From assembly GCA_973895155.1 (NCBI GenBank), contig OZ316892.1, positions 30,993,802 through 31,057,801 on the forward strand: a stretch of DNA of 64,000 nucleotides, read 5' to 3'. The stretch's first letter is position 1. Each line of letters begins with the position of its first letter. Positions 17,321 through 30,916 of this stretch are shown one piece after another. This DNA comes from Marsupella aquatica (taxonomy: Eukaryota; Plantae; Marchantiophyta). The position numbers and the translations under genes were made by a program. The notes under the pieces are model-generated. The model saw nothing but the letters and a program-made list of their open reading frames with translations, made no database searches and was not told the DNA's origin.

Positions 17321-19809
17321 TGATGGAGAAAAAATGGTGAACACACCTCAGTATCCTCCTCCATATTGCTAGGAACCCAAGGATGCATATATTGCTGCCA
17401 GAGTCTTGGGCTCAAGGGTGTACATTCTATATCGTCCCTTTCTTGCCTCACATGGAGTGAGACCAAATCAAAGGTGAACTACTATCTCAGGATGGGCGTA
17501 GCTCATGCCAACTAGATCGTTCACCACAAATTTGTTATCTCGCCTTGGGACCTGTTGAAACCACACTGCCCTCAAAGCTAAATCACCCTTGTTAAATTCC
17601 TCTCCATACAAGTCCTTGAAACTCTTCTTCACGGTGTGCAAAGTCTGCTCACATTGAAGAATGTAGAAGTCCACATTCCACTTGTTATCTATCTCAGCCT
17701 TCCCTGCAAAGAAGTCACCTTGTTGAACCAATTCGGCCAGCAGCCCATCCTCCCATTGGTAAGGTCCTTCCCCCACTCCCATTTCTTCCACATCAGTTCT
17801 CACATCACTTGGCAGGACTCCTTTCACCATGACAAGCTTAAACTGTCCAGCCCAACTTCTATTCTCACATTGCAAAGGTTCATCATCTAAGCAATGAGGA
17901 CAAAAACGACAAAGTTCTATGACTTGAAGGAGAGTTGATAGGCGGTTACTAAATCCATCAAAGCAGTGTAAGGATTGGGAACCTTGGATAGGATCACAGC
18001 CCCATTTCTTCTTGCGATTGACAGCTCCCATTGGAATCTCCCAAAACAGGCGTCAAACAAGTTGGACGTCTCCATACTCCTTTTCTTGGCCCATAGCAAA
18101 TTTGTCCTTGTAGAACAAAACCACATCATGGGCATTCTCCAATCAATGTTCATGGATTCCCTTCAGCTGTTCTATCTCAATCCCCTGCTTTATGTGGCCT
18201 CCAAGGGCATCCTAAAAGCACACACCATAGTACTCATCTCAGGAAATGAAACTTGGATGAATCAATATAGAACAACAAAGTTACTGTAGGGAACTTCAGC
18301 TTAAAACACAATTTGGAATGAGCGGATGTACATATAAAGTAATATTGCAACTTACAGCGACACCTTTTCCGTGCCCTAAAGCATGGAAATACCACTTCAT
18401 TCGTGCACCAAATCTTTTGTAGTATTTGGATACATAATAAAAAGGTCTGCAAGCCTTGAACTGTGAAGCAGCCCCATCTGACCAGACCCAATGTTGCTCA
18501 AATTGAATTCCTTCCTCCCTCAACCACTGGTTATGAGCATCCATACAATGTTGGACGAAGAGAGCGTCGTGACAATTGTCATCACTGATATAAAAATGAT
18601 AATCTGCAATAATGTCTCGACCACCCTCCTCATCCAATGCCATCCGAACCGTACTTCCAATAGCAGCCTCCATAGATTCCACACAATCTTCTCTATGCCT
18701 ATAAGTGACATGAATCAACAAAGTGACCTGTCTATATATTATCCTAGTGTTGACTCTATATCTCATTTTGGATTTTGAACGTGTAACTTTCAGAGAAATT
18801 AATAGATGACACTATAGTTCCTCTAGGGAAAGTTTTTGAACAAAGTTTGAATTGTTCTGACTGCCAACGTGCTCTGAAATTATGCACAATGAATGTCTTC
18901 ATTGTATTCAAAACCTGACTTTTGAATTCACCCATTGAAGTTCTCTTAAACACCATTCTCAACCGTTTTGACTTTTTTGTAGCACTCTCGTCTATTCCTT
19001 TTTCTTCTCTCTCTTTTGTTGGGCTTTCTTGTCTAACTCCAAATACTGAAATGTCTCCACTCAATAAATTGCTTGTCAACTCGATCTAACTCAGATGTAC
19101 ACCAATCCAACTTGTTGACACCACAATTCTTATAGGAACCCATGATACATTTCTTTCCATGCCACTGCTTCCCCTCAGCTCTTGGACACAGAGCTCCCTC
19201 TATCCAACCCCATACGTATGTTATTGTTGTTCTAGAAGCTACACAACTCTGCAAAGGAGCATCAACTGATGTGCAAATGGGGCAATCACAAGAGCAATGC
19301 TTATTGTGTTGATGCTTCCTGAATTTGTTGACTGCCTCCTTCAAGAGGTCCATTTCAACATGCATGTTGCTTAGGGTTTCTGTCTTTCATAGGACGAATG
19401 TAGTCTGGCTTCATATACTGAAAAGACCTGAAGTCTATATGAACTCCATTCTCGTCTTTGCCACAAAACTCCTGGAATTTCAGAATAAACTCCACCTGAA
19501 AAAGATGCAAGCATTGCTCCAAAACATATTCAATCATTGTACACAAAGATGCAGTAGAGTTCAAATCGCTTACTGATGAACATGAAAGCTCCTGTACCCT
19601 ATTGTAAGCCCTATTTGAATGTCATTGATAATGACAAATTAACAAAATCTAACCTGGGTATCCTCTGGCCAATGCACCTGATGCTCCTCGTACACATTTC
19701 TACTCAATCTTAGTCTAGCCTTGTCCTTGGCGCAAGGAGAGATTTGAGCATTTGTTTCCCAAAACTTTTCCACAATTCTTTGGACTTCAACTGAAATTTT
19801 GTTGCTTCT

Positions 19810-19997
19810 TGTTAGAATACACTTAACCCTAACTCATAGAGTGATACAAAGGGGTATATAGGGACTAGATATAGAGAGTCATGAGACTAGAGAAGGTAGT
19901 TATAACCATCCAATGTGTAACACCTTATAAGCCACATTGGCTCATGAAAGGATTATCTTTGTGTTGTTGGTGTATGAATTATAACCATCGTCTAACA
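19810..19997 (+). repeat. 5' LTR of Bianca copia
   Basis: Matches 25123-25311 apart from a 1-bp indel. Confidence 0.95.
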
Positions 19998-20168
19998 CGT
20001 TATCAGCACGATTTATGCCCTTCAATCTTCTCGAGCTTATGTTTTTTTTTCCCTCTTTCTCTTTTTGATAACTTCCAATTGTCATCGACAATTCTTCACC
20101 GCCCGCACCCTGATTTACACAGACCACGACCAATTCCCCAGGGCTACTAGACTTCAATTAACCTGACA

Positions 20169-23100
20169 ATGACAACTTTGGAGAAGCTCCAATTCCCGTC
20201 ACTCGTAATAGACGGCGAGAATTACTTATCTTGGGCACAGAATGCCGAAATCGTTCTCAACATGAAAGGCCTCGGCGATATTTTATTGGGGGACAATTAT
20301 GGAACATTACAGGAGAAGGCCCAGGCCCTGTACATTATCCGCCATCACCTAGACGCTGATTTACAACTTGAATATCTCATAGAGTATAACCCGAGAGCCC
20401 TCTGGGATGCTCTAAAATTGAGGTTCGATCACCTCCGCCTAATCTCCCTTCCAGCCGCTCGCAACGAATGGATTCATCTAAGAGTCCTAGAGTACCCGAC
20501 TATTGCAAAATACAACAGTGCCCTCTTCCGTATAACTGCTCAACTCGCAACATGCAGAGAACCCATCAACGAGGCAGCCAAGATCGAAAAAACACTCTCC
20601 ACATTCTTTGCAACAAATATGCAATTGTCACAGATCTACAGACAACGCCACTTCACCCAATTCTCTGATCTAATTGCAATTATGCTCCTGGCTGAGAAGA
20701 ACGATCTCCTTCTCCTTAAGAACTCCCGAGAAAGACCACCAGGTACGCTACCCAGGACTGAAACCCAATTCACGAGTACCAACAGAGGTAATCCCTCTTA
20801 CAAAGGCAACAATGGCCCTCTTAGAAGAAATATGGGCCGCTTCAAAAGATTTAATTGGAGACGCCAAGCACGCACGGACAACGGCACCACACAGCCAACC
20901 ACGAATCCTTGGCAACGTAAGCCAAATTATACTCAAAACATACCTGCACACATCACACCCACAAAGAATCAGGCTAAGTGTTTCCGTTGCGGCGGACCTG
21001 GTCATATCCAAAAGAACTGTAAAGTCCAATCCCACCTGGTCAAACTATACCAGGCCTCTCTGCAAACCACGAACACGGCCATAGCTGCAAACCACCTTGA
21101 GATTGATGAAGACCTCTCACAATACACACTTGCAATGCCCCCACCAGAGATACACATGGTATTACAGGGAAAGAACCCCAACTCACCCTCCGACATCGAT
21201 ACCTGCATCCTCGACAGTGGCACCTCTCACACAATATTAAAAGATAAACAATACTTTCAGCACATATCCCCATCCAATAGACCTGTGACCACCATTACAA
21301 GTATAAACCAATTAGAGGAAGGACATGGACCCGCTGAACTCACCCTCCCAAATGGCACAATTATTCAAATCCAATCTGCCATCTATGCCCCGTTGGCAAC
21401 CAGAAATCTACTCAGCTTCCACGATATTCGCCAAAACAACCTCCACATTCGCTCTGCACCTGACCACCAAGTAGATGCTTTGTAGATCTTTCAGGAAACT
21501 GATACTGGCCCAATCATACTAGAGACCTCACCACTTCTTCCCCCTGGAGTATACGCCACCAAAATTACAGCTTATCATTTACAGGCCCAACCCTTATCAC
21601 CCACAGAACTATGGCACTTCCGCCTTGGCCACCCTGGCCCAGGAATGTACCACAAAATCCTCAAGAACACCACGGGCATTCCCCAAGGAGTCCATCCATC
21701 ATCTAAACATGAGACATGCATCCCATGTGCACAAGGCAAATTGATTACAATGCCTACCACCACTAAAAACACCTACCACATACCTGATTTCCTCTCACAG
21801 ATAAACGTGGATGTCTGCGGCCCAATAGACCCACCAAGTGGACCATTTCGGTTCTTTCTAGTGATGATATGCTCATCCACGAAATGGTCCTCGGTCTCAC
21901 TAATCTCCACCCGAAATCTGGTATTTGCTCGCCTACTAACTCAGATTATACGCCTAAGAACTCAATTCCCTGACTCAGCTATCAAGACAATAAGAATCGA
22001 CAATGCTGGTGAATTCACATCACCTGCCTTTGATGATTTCTGCCAAGCCCTGGGTATCACCATTCAATACTCGGTACCATATGTACATTTCCAAAATGGC
22101 GCTGCAGAAGCAATGATCAAACGTATACAACTTATCTCAAGACCTATATTACTACAGACACAATTGCCACTTACAACTTGGGGACATGTCGTACTCCACG
22201 GTGCCGCATTATTAAGTTACAGACCATCGGCCTTCAACACTTACACACCACATCAGCTAGCATATGGATCTACACCAGACGTTACACACCTGAAAATGTT
22301 TGGCTGTCTTGTTCTCGTCCCAATTCTAGGCCCTAAACATACTAAAATGGGACCACAGCGGCAACGCGGCATCTATGTGGGATTCGACTCTCCTTCAATC
22401 GTTAGGTACCTCAAACCAACTACAGCTGATGTGTTCCGAGCTAGATACCAGGATTGTAAATTTTGTGAGGATATTTTTCCCCCACTCCTTACCCCTGCAC
22501 AACTCTACAAACAGAACACTCTAACCCCTACGTTAGAATGGACAACTAAGGACCCATTCTGGAATGACCCTCGTACACAACTCACAAACGACGAAGTAAA
22601 GCGCATCCTGAATCTTCACCGAATCATGGAAAAAATACCAGACGCCTTTAATGATGCTGCTGCTGCCACAAAATCCCATATAGAAGCAGCTAACGTCCCT
22701 GCCATAATTTCCATGCCCAATACCCGAGCCACAGACCTTGCCCCCAAGGCAAAGAGAGGCAGACCCCCTGGATCCAAAGACTCCAGATCACGACAGAAGA
22801 AACTTTTATCAACACAGCTCTACTTACGCTCACCAGGAACTACACTGGTCGATAATGAAGAAATATCAATACATTACATGCATACCGGGCACTTATGGCC
22901 TAGAGATATAACTGAACCTGACGAACATTTTGCCTTTCTTATCTCCCAAGATATATCTAGTGACTTACCAGATCCCCGGAATATTAAAGAAGCTCAACAA
23001 CGTCCCGATTGGCCTAAATGGGACTCTGCCATTAACTCCGAGCTTGACTCACTCATAAGCCGCCAAGTATTTGGACAGATTCGAATTGTACCTGCTGAAC

Positions 23101-24840
23101 AACATCTCACAGGATACAGAATTACACTAGTACGTAAACGAAATGCAGCAGGCGAAGTAGTCCGCTATAAAGCCCGACTTGTTGCTAGAGGCTATACACA
23201 AATCTATGGAAAAGACTATGACTTGACTCATTCCCCAGTTATGGACTCTATCACTTACAGATTCTTGATTGCCTTCGCTCTTACACATAAACTCCTAATG
23301 CACCTTATGGACGTTGTTACCGCTTACCTTTATGGCATACTCGACACTGATATCCATATGAAAGCTCCACCCGAGCTAATTCAAAGAGTAACCTTCCACA
23401 TTAAGGGGGAGCATCAAACTACTCTATCCCCGGACATACAGTCGGGTATTGATAAGATTGTTCCTACACAGGAACTTAAGGATTACCTTGTTCAATCAGG
23501 CCCACTGGTACCTGAACAAATAACTGAACACTTATCAGAGGATCAAAACGTACATGAAAAGCAAATTGCTTATGGTGAACATCAAACGAATTCTTCATTG
23601 AATTCCCTGGGTTTACCCACAGAGGTAAACCTCGTTCATCAGAGGATACCTAAACCTCAAAAACCAGCGAAAGCATTTGCTGTACAGGTTCTTCGGTCCA
23701 TTTATGGCTTAAAACAGAGTGGCCGTATTTGGTACAAGCGCTTCCGTGCTGAGATGATAGCACTTGGTTTCGTGAATGAGGACATCGCTCCCTGCCTATT
23801 CATAAAATGAGCTGGAACTGAATTTATTATCATAGCAATCTATGTAGATGATATAAATCTTATGGGCACTAAGCTTCTTATGGAACAAACAATTACAACA
23901 CTCAAAGGCATCTTCGCAATGAAGGATATTGGGACACCCCTTTTTTGCCTTGGCATTCAATTCGAACACTTACCTAATGGCGTTCTGATTCACCAATCCA
24001 CATATATATACCAGGAAGATATTAAAACAATTTAATATGGACAAGTCATACCCTGTCACAACACCTATGGAACTTCGCTCCTTAGATTCATCCAAAGATA
24101 TGTACAAGCGCAGAACTGAACAAGAACCGATCTTGGGCCCAGAGAAACCTTACCTCTCACCTATAGGCCCCTTGATGTACCTGGCAAACCAGACACGCCC
24201 GGATATCTCCTTCGCTATCAACTTGTTGGCTCGCCACAGCTCTCAGCCAACGGTAAGACATTGGAACGGTATCAAGAGAATTTTGCGCTACCTCCAAGGT
24301 ACGATTGACACTGGCCTCTACTTTCCCAAAGATATGCCTAATGAACTGATTGGTTTTGCTGACGCAGGTTACCTCTCCGATCCTAATGATGCCAAGTCCC
24401 AGACGGGCTATGTCTTCCTGCAAGGATCCACGGCAATATCCTAGAAAAGTACTAAGCAGACACTGACAACAACTTCCTCCAACCATGCGGAAATAATCGC
24501 CCTATACGAAGCTAGTCGCGAATGCTTATGGCTTCGCCAACTTATCAACCATATCCATGTCTCCACCGGTCAAGAAGTCCTCACCAAACCAACAATCATC
24601 TACAAAGATAACAGACCCTGCGTTGACCAAATTGCTAAAGGATTTATCAAGGGAGATCAAATTAAGCACATAGCACCTAAATTCTTCCATACACATGAAC
24701 AGCATGGTGATCAGATTAACGTTCAATGGAAACCTTCCAAAGACAATTGCGCCGATCTATTCACGAAGCCCTTACCTCGTGTCCTGCACGAAGCACACTC
24801 GACAGGAATCGGCCTACGCAAACTCTCAGATTTTCCCTAG
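20169..24840 (+). pseudogene. Copia gag-pol (gag, Zn knuckle, PR, INT, RT, RH) with stops and a frameshift
   Basis: CFRCGGPGHIQKNC, ILDSGTSH, integrase core, YKARLVARG, YGLKQSG, YVDD, FADAGY. Stops at 21483, 23808 and 24442; frameshift near 24005 in a (TA)n run. Confidence 0.92.
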
Positions 24841-25122
24841 TACCTAAATGCCCTCGACTACTCGTTTCAGGCATTATTATTATTACGATCACCCTAAACC
24901 CGTAATACCTGGTAGAATGACATATTACTACTTAGTATATACTTAGTCCCCTCAACTTAACGAACTTATTACATGTAAGACAGTGATACTCTTTTTACCC
25001 CAAAGAAGAAAGCAGGGGGTTTTTAATGAGATCATGTCGTTCATAAGTTCTAATATACCCTGAATTAGGATTAACTCTATTCTATAGAATGGTTACTTTC
25101 TATTGAAGTAACCAAGGGGGAG

Positions 25123-25311
25123 TGTTAGAATACACTTAACCCTAACTCATAGAGTGATACAAAGGGGTATATAGGGACTAGATATAGAGAGTCATGAGAC
25201 TAGGAGAAGGTAGTTATAACCATCCAATGTGTAACACCTTATAAGCCACATTGGCTCATGAAAGGATTATCTTTGTGTTGTTGGTGTATGAATTATAACC
25301 ATCGTCTAACA
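25123..25311 (+). repeat. 3' LTR of Bianca copia
   Basis: Follows the PPT at 25114-25122 and is followed by the TSD CTTCT. Confidence 0.95.
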
Positions 25312-27325
25312 CTTCTCACTTTCCTTTCCCCCATTGGAAACCTTATCAAACAATCAGAATCTATGGACTTCCTCCTTCTTGAAGCTTTATATATGACGAG
25401 CCCTATGCTAGTGCTTTGCACTGTGCAAGGAGGGCAGGCCCATAGGGATTGGCCGTGGCATTAGGGGCAAGGAGAAGCAAATATGTGATAGGGGTGTACA
25501 TTTCTCTCATCAATGGTCAGCAAAAATAGCTAATAAAATCCAATGGCTGTGGATCTTTCCCGCCCAGGAGCTTTTTTGTATGGGGACAAAGGACAAAAAA
25601 AGGTGGGATCCCTTATTATAGTTGTAGATTTTCCATTTGATACCCAAAGCCCCAGCCACTGAAGTCTGATACCTATTCACTACTGTGGCCTGGCTTGCCA
25701 ATGCAACTGTCAAGATCTACTTTGCACCTAGATGGTCTTTCTGCTTTGCAGTCTTCAGTTTTTGCAAGCAATTCTTTAGGTCAGCAACTGCAGCAAGTAT
25801 CGCTACATCTCTCCGACGAGTGCCAAAAACTGCAGGGAGGTACTTCTTCAAGGAAAGATGGAGCATAAACTTAGTGAAAAATAGCTTCCTTGCAGACAAA
25901 TTAAATTTTTCCAATCTACTCAAGATGGATGTCACCGCCACAGACACCTGAGACTGAACACTTTGTCTTCCCCTATTGGAATTCAATTCGTCTTCTAAAT
26001 CACCAGCAGACCCACATTGCCAAGCCTTTGTGCGTGTATTACCCTTTTTTTCCCAGTATGCTGCTTGCTTCCTTTGAGCATCTCATGCTCTAAATTCTGT
26101 TGAAGCAGAGGATTGACGGTTTGCTTGCCTTGAAGCTGAACTCTCCCGCTGCAGCTCTGAAGGTTGGCCATGCATGCTCTCACCAAGAAGTTGCCCATCT
26201 AAGGACCAAAGACGTGCTTCTTGACGCCCTATGCGATTGCGGAGAGTGTGTCTTCTTTGTATCAATTTGTCACATTGTAATTGTGTAGATTGTAGGATGC
26301 TAGTAGCTTGTGTACTTGCATTCACTGTGATGTCGGTAGCCTCTTGGGAAGCCTCCGCACAAATTCTACTCACTTCATTCTTAGTAGATGAAATCATTTG
26401 CTGGCATTTGTTTTGTGCATCTCCCAACAATCCCTGTCCAGCCACATCGTTACTATTACCACCATGTGCAATCGATTGTCCATGGGTGATCCATTGCTGC
26501 CTATTACAATAGGACTTGCGTTTGCTAAGGTTTTGCCTTTCTGATCTCTCTCTTGCTAGGGCATTGTGTACTTCAGCAAGACTGGCCATCCGATGTTAGG
26601 CACCGCATCAAGTACTAGACAGAACTTGGGAGGTATTGAAAGCGAGATGCGGAGCATCCGAGCATTCAGATTCTACCTGATACTAGGCCAATACTTCTAA
26701 ACTTGCCTACCCATTTGATCCTACGAGCACCATGGCAAAGCTCAACAATTGCCTGAGGTCCACCAACGCTTCAATCACAGTGCTCCTCCTATGGGCAATC
26801 TTCGAGATGCATTGTTGTAAATCAAACTTCCACAATGAATCATCAACTCCCGATCCAAAGCTTCAACTCTCCAACTATGCCCCATCCCCAACAACTCAGC
26901 TCTCACATTGCGTGTGTATGGCACAAGCTCCTTCAATGAGTAATCAACCACCATAGCCATCCCTAACCCCTAAGCCCTTTGCTATTGGTGCATGCCCGTC
27001 CCAAGACAATTCAAGCCTAACTTGTGCTTAGAACAAAATCCGCGATCAATTTCAAACATCAACTATGAGTCCTTGCCCACTTTAGTCCTTGTTTTCAAAA
27101 GCATCGACTATGAGTCCTTGTATTCAAACACATTGCAAGCCGCAACTTTCTCTATTCAATGTCACGAGATCCAAGGAGAACATTTATGCATCGTCCTTGC
27201 TAAAGTCCAAGATAGGAATTATGCATAGACTGTACTTCAACCGGTCCAAATGAATACTTCATGCATCTTTGATTGATCTTCAAATCCAGCCTTTGATTTG
27301 GCCCTTCTACATCTTGGCCCTTGAG

Positions 27326-29338
27326 TGTAACACACCCCAATTTATTGCAAAATTCATGAGGACTCACTCCTTTTGGTGGAGACTTTGGAGATCCTTTTTA
27401 TGTACCCTTCAATCATGCTTTCCACCAAGTAAGGACTTCCCCCCAAAGGGTGGCAAGCCAAGCAAAGATGGACGGCAAAAGGGCATTAAGGTAAGTATCG
27501 CTCTAACCAAACCCTTAGTAGTTGACAAGGTCCCTATAGGGGATGTTCCTGCCGTAGAGAAGGTGTTGTTGCAAGAGAAAGTACCTAGTAAGGTTAAGAC
27601 AATGGATCCTGATGAAAAGCTGATTTTTGTGAATGTCACTTCTAACGGTAATCTAGGTGTTTCTTTGGTGGATACAGGCGCAACCGCTTGCTTCATAAGT
27701 GGGCAGGCAATGGCACGTCTGGGGTGGATGTGCAAGAATTGCTACAACCGTTAGTGTGCAAGTTGCCAACAACTTTTAAGGGATATTGTCAAGAGTGGTA
27801 CATAGAATTTGGGTAGAGGTCATAGGCGAACAACAAAAATTTGTTAGTCAAGAGATGTTCTACGTTCTAGATAGGCTAGTCGTAGACTTCATTTTGCTGG
27901 TAGGTTATCTTAGAAAACACAATGTTACCTTGAAACCAGGGGATGAGGTGCTCAATTTTCCCAATAAGGGCGATGAGCCCATCGTTGTACACAAAATTAC
28001 AAAAAATAAAGAAAGATTTGTCAAAGTAAAGTGTCGTGGTTGTCTCTGTGTGTATCGGCAAAGCAATGGTGGAAAGATTCAAGGGTGGACATGAAGGTTC
28101 TTCTTTCATCTCCACCTAGTTAAGGTTAAGATTAACCTAGTTAAGGTTCATCAACACCACTGTTGCGCAGCCAAAGGTTAAGTGAGCTAAGATTGGGCCC
28201 GACTACGGTCGAATTCCTGAGATTTTAGAGGAATTCAATGATGTGCTCTCGCAGAAGCTACCTAAAGGTTTACCCCTGCGGAGAGAAGTGGATCACCAAG
28301 TTGAGTTGGAGCCAGGTTCGGCTCCTCAGGCTCAAGCTCCTTATCGTCTGAACCTGAACAAACAATTGATGTTGAAGAACGCCTTGGAAGAGTTGATCAA
28401 CCAAGGCTTCATTCATCCTAGTAAGAGTCCTTATGCGCCCGCGCAATTGTGTCCAAAAAGGGTGGTACTTTGAGATTGTGCACAGGGTATCGGGCCCTCA
28501 ATAAGCAAACAGTAAAGAACAAGTACCCGTTACCTCATATGGATGATCTTTCCAATTGCTTCTCCAGGGCTAAGAAGTTTTCAAAGGTGCACTTGCGGTT
28601 TGGGTATTACCAGATCCGCATGCCTAAGGGAGACAAGTATAAGACCGCGATGCGCAGAAGGTTTGGAGCCTACAAATTTTAGGTTATGCCGTTTGGGTTG
28701 TGTAATGCAACCGCAACGTTCATGAAGATGATGAATACCATCTTTCATGACTAGTTGGTCCAAGGAGTGGTCGTCTTTATTGACGACATCCTAATCTACT
28801 TGAAAACCTTGGAGGACATGAGCAGTTCTAGACATGAGCAAGCCGGACATAAAGCAATTGGTTCTTTGCCACGAGCAAAGTTGTTACTTGTGCTAAAAGA
28901 ACCACATGGTCTATAGGGCAAAAGGAGGACTTTTGCAACCCTTACCAGTATTCGCGGCTCCATGGGAGTCCATCTCCATGGACTTCATTGTGGGGTTATC
29001 TGATTCCCACGGTAGTAACTTCATCTTAACAATCGTGGATCATTTTTCCAAGATGACATATTTCTTGCCGACTACAAATAGTTTCAGCCTAAAAGGTTGT
29101 TAGTCTAGTCTTTGACAATGTCTTTCGACAATGGGATTGCTCTTGCATATCCTGTCCGATTGCGATACCAAGTTCACAGGCCATTTTTGGAAAGCGTTGT
29201 TCTAGTTATCCAAAATAGACCTTACCAAAGGATCAGTGTCTCATCATGAGACGGATGGCCAAATGGAACAAGTGAATGATATCGTGGAGGACTTGTCTCA
29301 CTTTGTGACGGCCAATCAAAAGGATTGGGCAAAGCTTA
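27326..29338 (+). mobile_element. Heavily deleted Ty3/gypsy (chromovirus-like) relic
   Basis: Protease LVDTGATACFI, RT fragments LPLRREVDHQVELEPG, KNKYPLP and FIDDILIY, integrase PWESISMDFIVGL. Many stops and frameshifts. Possible LTR-like start tgtaacacacc. Confidence 0.85.
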
Positions 29339-30670
29339 ATGAAAGTCTGTTCGGGTGATGCGCTGTTGATTAGAAAGAAACACGCTTTAACTGATCTGCC
29401 GACCATGTCCGACCTGGCAGCAAAGGCAAAGTATACGGACAAGCTCAAAGGCGCAATCCTGCGATTCTATCGTGCAAACTATGACGGAATGTTTTCGGCT
29501 GGTGCTCTCTGGACGGACATCATTTGGACGTTTGATTTTACGAATGACGAACTCGATCGCTGTTACGCATTGGTCGATGCCGGATATTTCAGGAGCCTGG
29601 TGAAGGTGTCCGAGAGGGCCGACATGCCGGAGCCTTTGAAAAATAGGCTACGAAATCTGTATCTGAAGAAGTTTGGCGGACATATTTGGTCGAGGATGGA
29701 TCCCTACAGAATTTTCTACACTGGAGATTTTCTCGCTTCGGCCGAGCCGCCGTTCGATTGCGCCAGCTGTAGTGAGAGCATTGTGGCATCCCTTGCGATC
29801 GTGGACTTGACACACACCGGGGGCAATACGTGGACACAATCAGAAATATTGAATTTTCTGAAAATTGTCGTGAATATTCCGGCCAACGAGTCACTGACCC
29901 TCGTCTTTTTTGTGCATCCGAGAATACTTCTAGCACGGATCATTGAGGCGGCGCGAGGTCTCCCCGATAACTATAATGCCCATCTTGAATATGGCACCTA
30001 TTTCAAGAGTACCCTTGAGGTTCTCCCGCGGCAGCACATGAGAGGTGTGGTGGAAACTGTGATCTTTCTCGGCGTTTCCCAAGACAGGGAACCGGATTGG
30101 GAAGTGCATTTCAAGAATTTCACCGGCCATTTCAGCTTCGAAGACGGAGACCAAGTGGAGCTCCGGAAGGCAAGCAAGGAAGAATCGACTGACCGTCCCA
30201 ATGGGGAGATGGCTAGCATCAAACAAGCGGCGATGAAAGTTAGGCTGGAAAATCGGGTTCCGTTCAGATCGCCCAGCGGCCGCTTCTTCACTACCAATAT
30301 CAAGCCCGGCCGAATAATCCGAGCTATAATAGAAGCTTTCTCGAAAAAGGAGGAAATAGTGCTCGATTTCTTTACAGGGGGGCAGGGTCTGAAGCATGCA
30401 CTACTCTTGGAACGCGAGTGCTTCTCATTCTCCTCCGCCAGGGAGGACGTCATGGACCTCACGGCGTATGCCGAGAACATGAAGTCTCTCGACAAGGTGT
30501 CGAGCTTCGCAAAATCATTGTGGAGACCACCGGGCTGCTCCACACAAGATTTGAATGCTAGGGCAGCCAGAGGTCACTATCCTGCGGGTATGCGAATGGA
30601 CAGCGCTGTGGATGAGGGTCTCCAAGGAGACACAGACGTGCCTCAGTCGTGTGATGGGGCAGTCGTGTGA
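29339..30670 (+). CDS. Beta-class DNA amino-methyltransferase-like protein (degenerate motifs, probably 5'-truncated)
   Basis: 443-aa ORF with SLAIVDLT (motif IV-like) and NIKPGRIIRAIIEAFSKKEEIVLDFFTGG..ALLLERECF (motif X/I). Begins at the junction with the gypsy relic. Confidence 0.6.
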   Translation: MKVCSGDALLIRKKHALTDLPTMSDLAAKAKYTDKLKGAILRFYRANYDGMFSAGALWTDIIWTFDFTNDELDRCYALVDAGYFRSLVKVSERADMPEPLKNRLRNLYLKKFGGHIWSRMDPYRIFYTGDFLASAEPPFDCASCSESIVASLAIVDLTHTGGNTWTQSEILNFLKIVVNIPANESLTLVFFVHPRILLARIIEAARGLPDNYNAHLEYGTYFKSTLEVLPRQHMRGVVETVIFLGVSQDREPDWEVHFKNFTGHFSFEDGDQVELRKASKEESTDRPNGEMASIKQAAMKVRLENRVPFRSPSGRFFTTNIKPGRIIRAIIEAFSKKEEIVLDFFTGGQGLKHALLLERECFSFSSAREDVMDLTAYAENMKSLDKVSSFAKSLWRPPGCSTQDLNARAARGHYPAGMRMDSAVDEGLQGDTDVPQSCDGAVV

Positions 30671-30916
30671 TGGGGCAGTAGAGACTCGCAAGTATCGATC
30701 GTCCGCGATAACGATTGTCCGCGATATCATCTTTCCAATAATAGCACCCCAGTTCGGGGTCGAAAGCCCGTCGTCGCGGCTGAAGTTCATCATCCAGGAG
30801 GAATATCTGATAACACTATCGTCGAGCCTGCGATTCAAAGAGGCGCCCGGGTCCAAAAAACTAAATCCATTACTACTGTCAATGAGTCACCAAAAGAAAA
30901 CCCTCCACCGGACCAG

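Larger units (their letters stand above)
19810..25311 (+). mobile_element. Full-length Ty1/copia LTR retrotransposon, Bianca lineage
   Basis: TG..CA LTRs at 19810-19997 and 25123-25311, nearly identical. TSD CTTCT at 19805-19809 and 25312-25316. PBS cgttatcagcacg (half-tRNA-Met type) and PPT aagggggag. The integrase has the Bianca-like GPIDPPSGPFRFFLV..STRNLVFARLL. Confidence 0.95.
17468..26589 (-). pseudogene. Sola-type DDD transposase, multi-exon, disabled and split by a copia insertion
   Basis: Motifs: INFSESYTF (canonical iDFsENY), ISDDNCHDALFVQHC, WSDGAASQFK, GHGKG, and Cys/His-rich segments. The frame RKVRS|NKISVEVQRIVEKFWETNAQISP rejoins across the copia TSD. Upstream ORFs at 25717-25986 and 26083-26589. 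Confidence 0.75.
16747..27306 (-). mobile_element. Sola-type (Sola2-like) DNA transposon, ~5 kb once the nested copia is removed
   Basis: Contains a transposase gene. The left end GAGGGCTAACTTGA resembles the reverse complement of the right end (AAGGGCCAAATCAA). Flanks CTCC (16743-16746) and CTAC (27307-27310) may be a 4-bp TSD with one mismatch. GAGGACT motifs at the left and inverted AGTCCT motifs at ~27067-27200. Boundaries are tentative. Confidence 0.6.

Noticed and set aside
16971-17344. Ser/Pro-rich minus-strand ORFs
   Set aside because: They are translations of the GAGGACT array.
10400-27306. MTase-like gene as cargo of the Sola element
   Set aside because: The subterminal array, candidate TIR and TSD place the Sola end near 16747, excluding the MTase. 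Not fully excluded.
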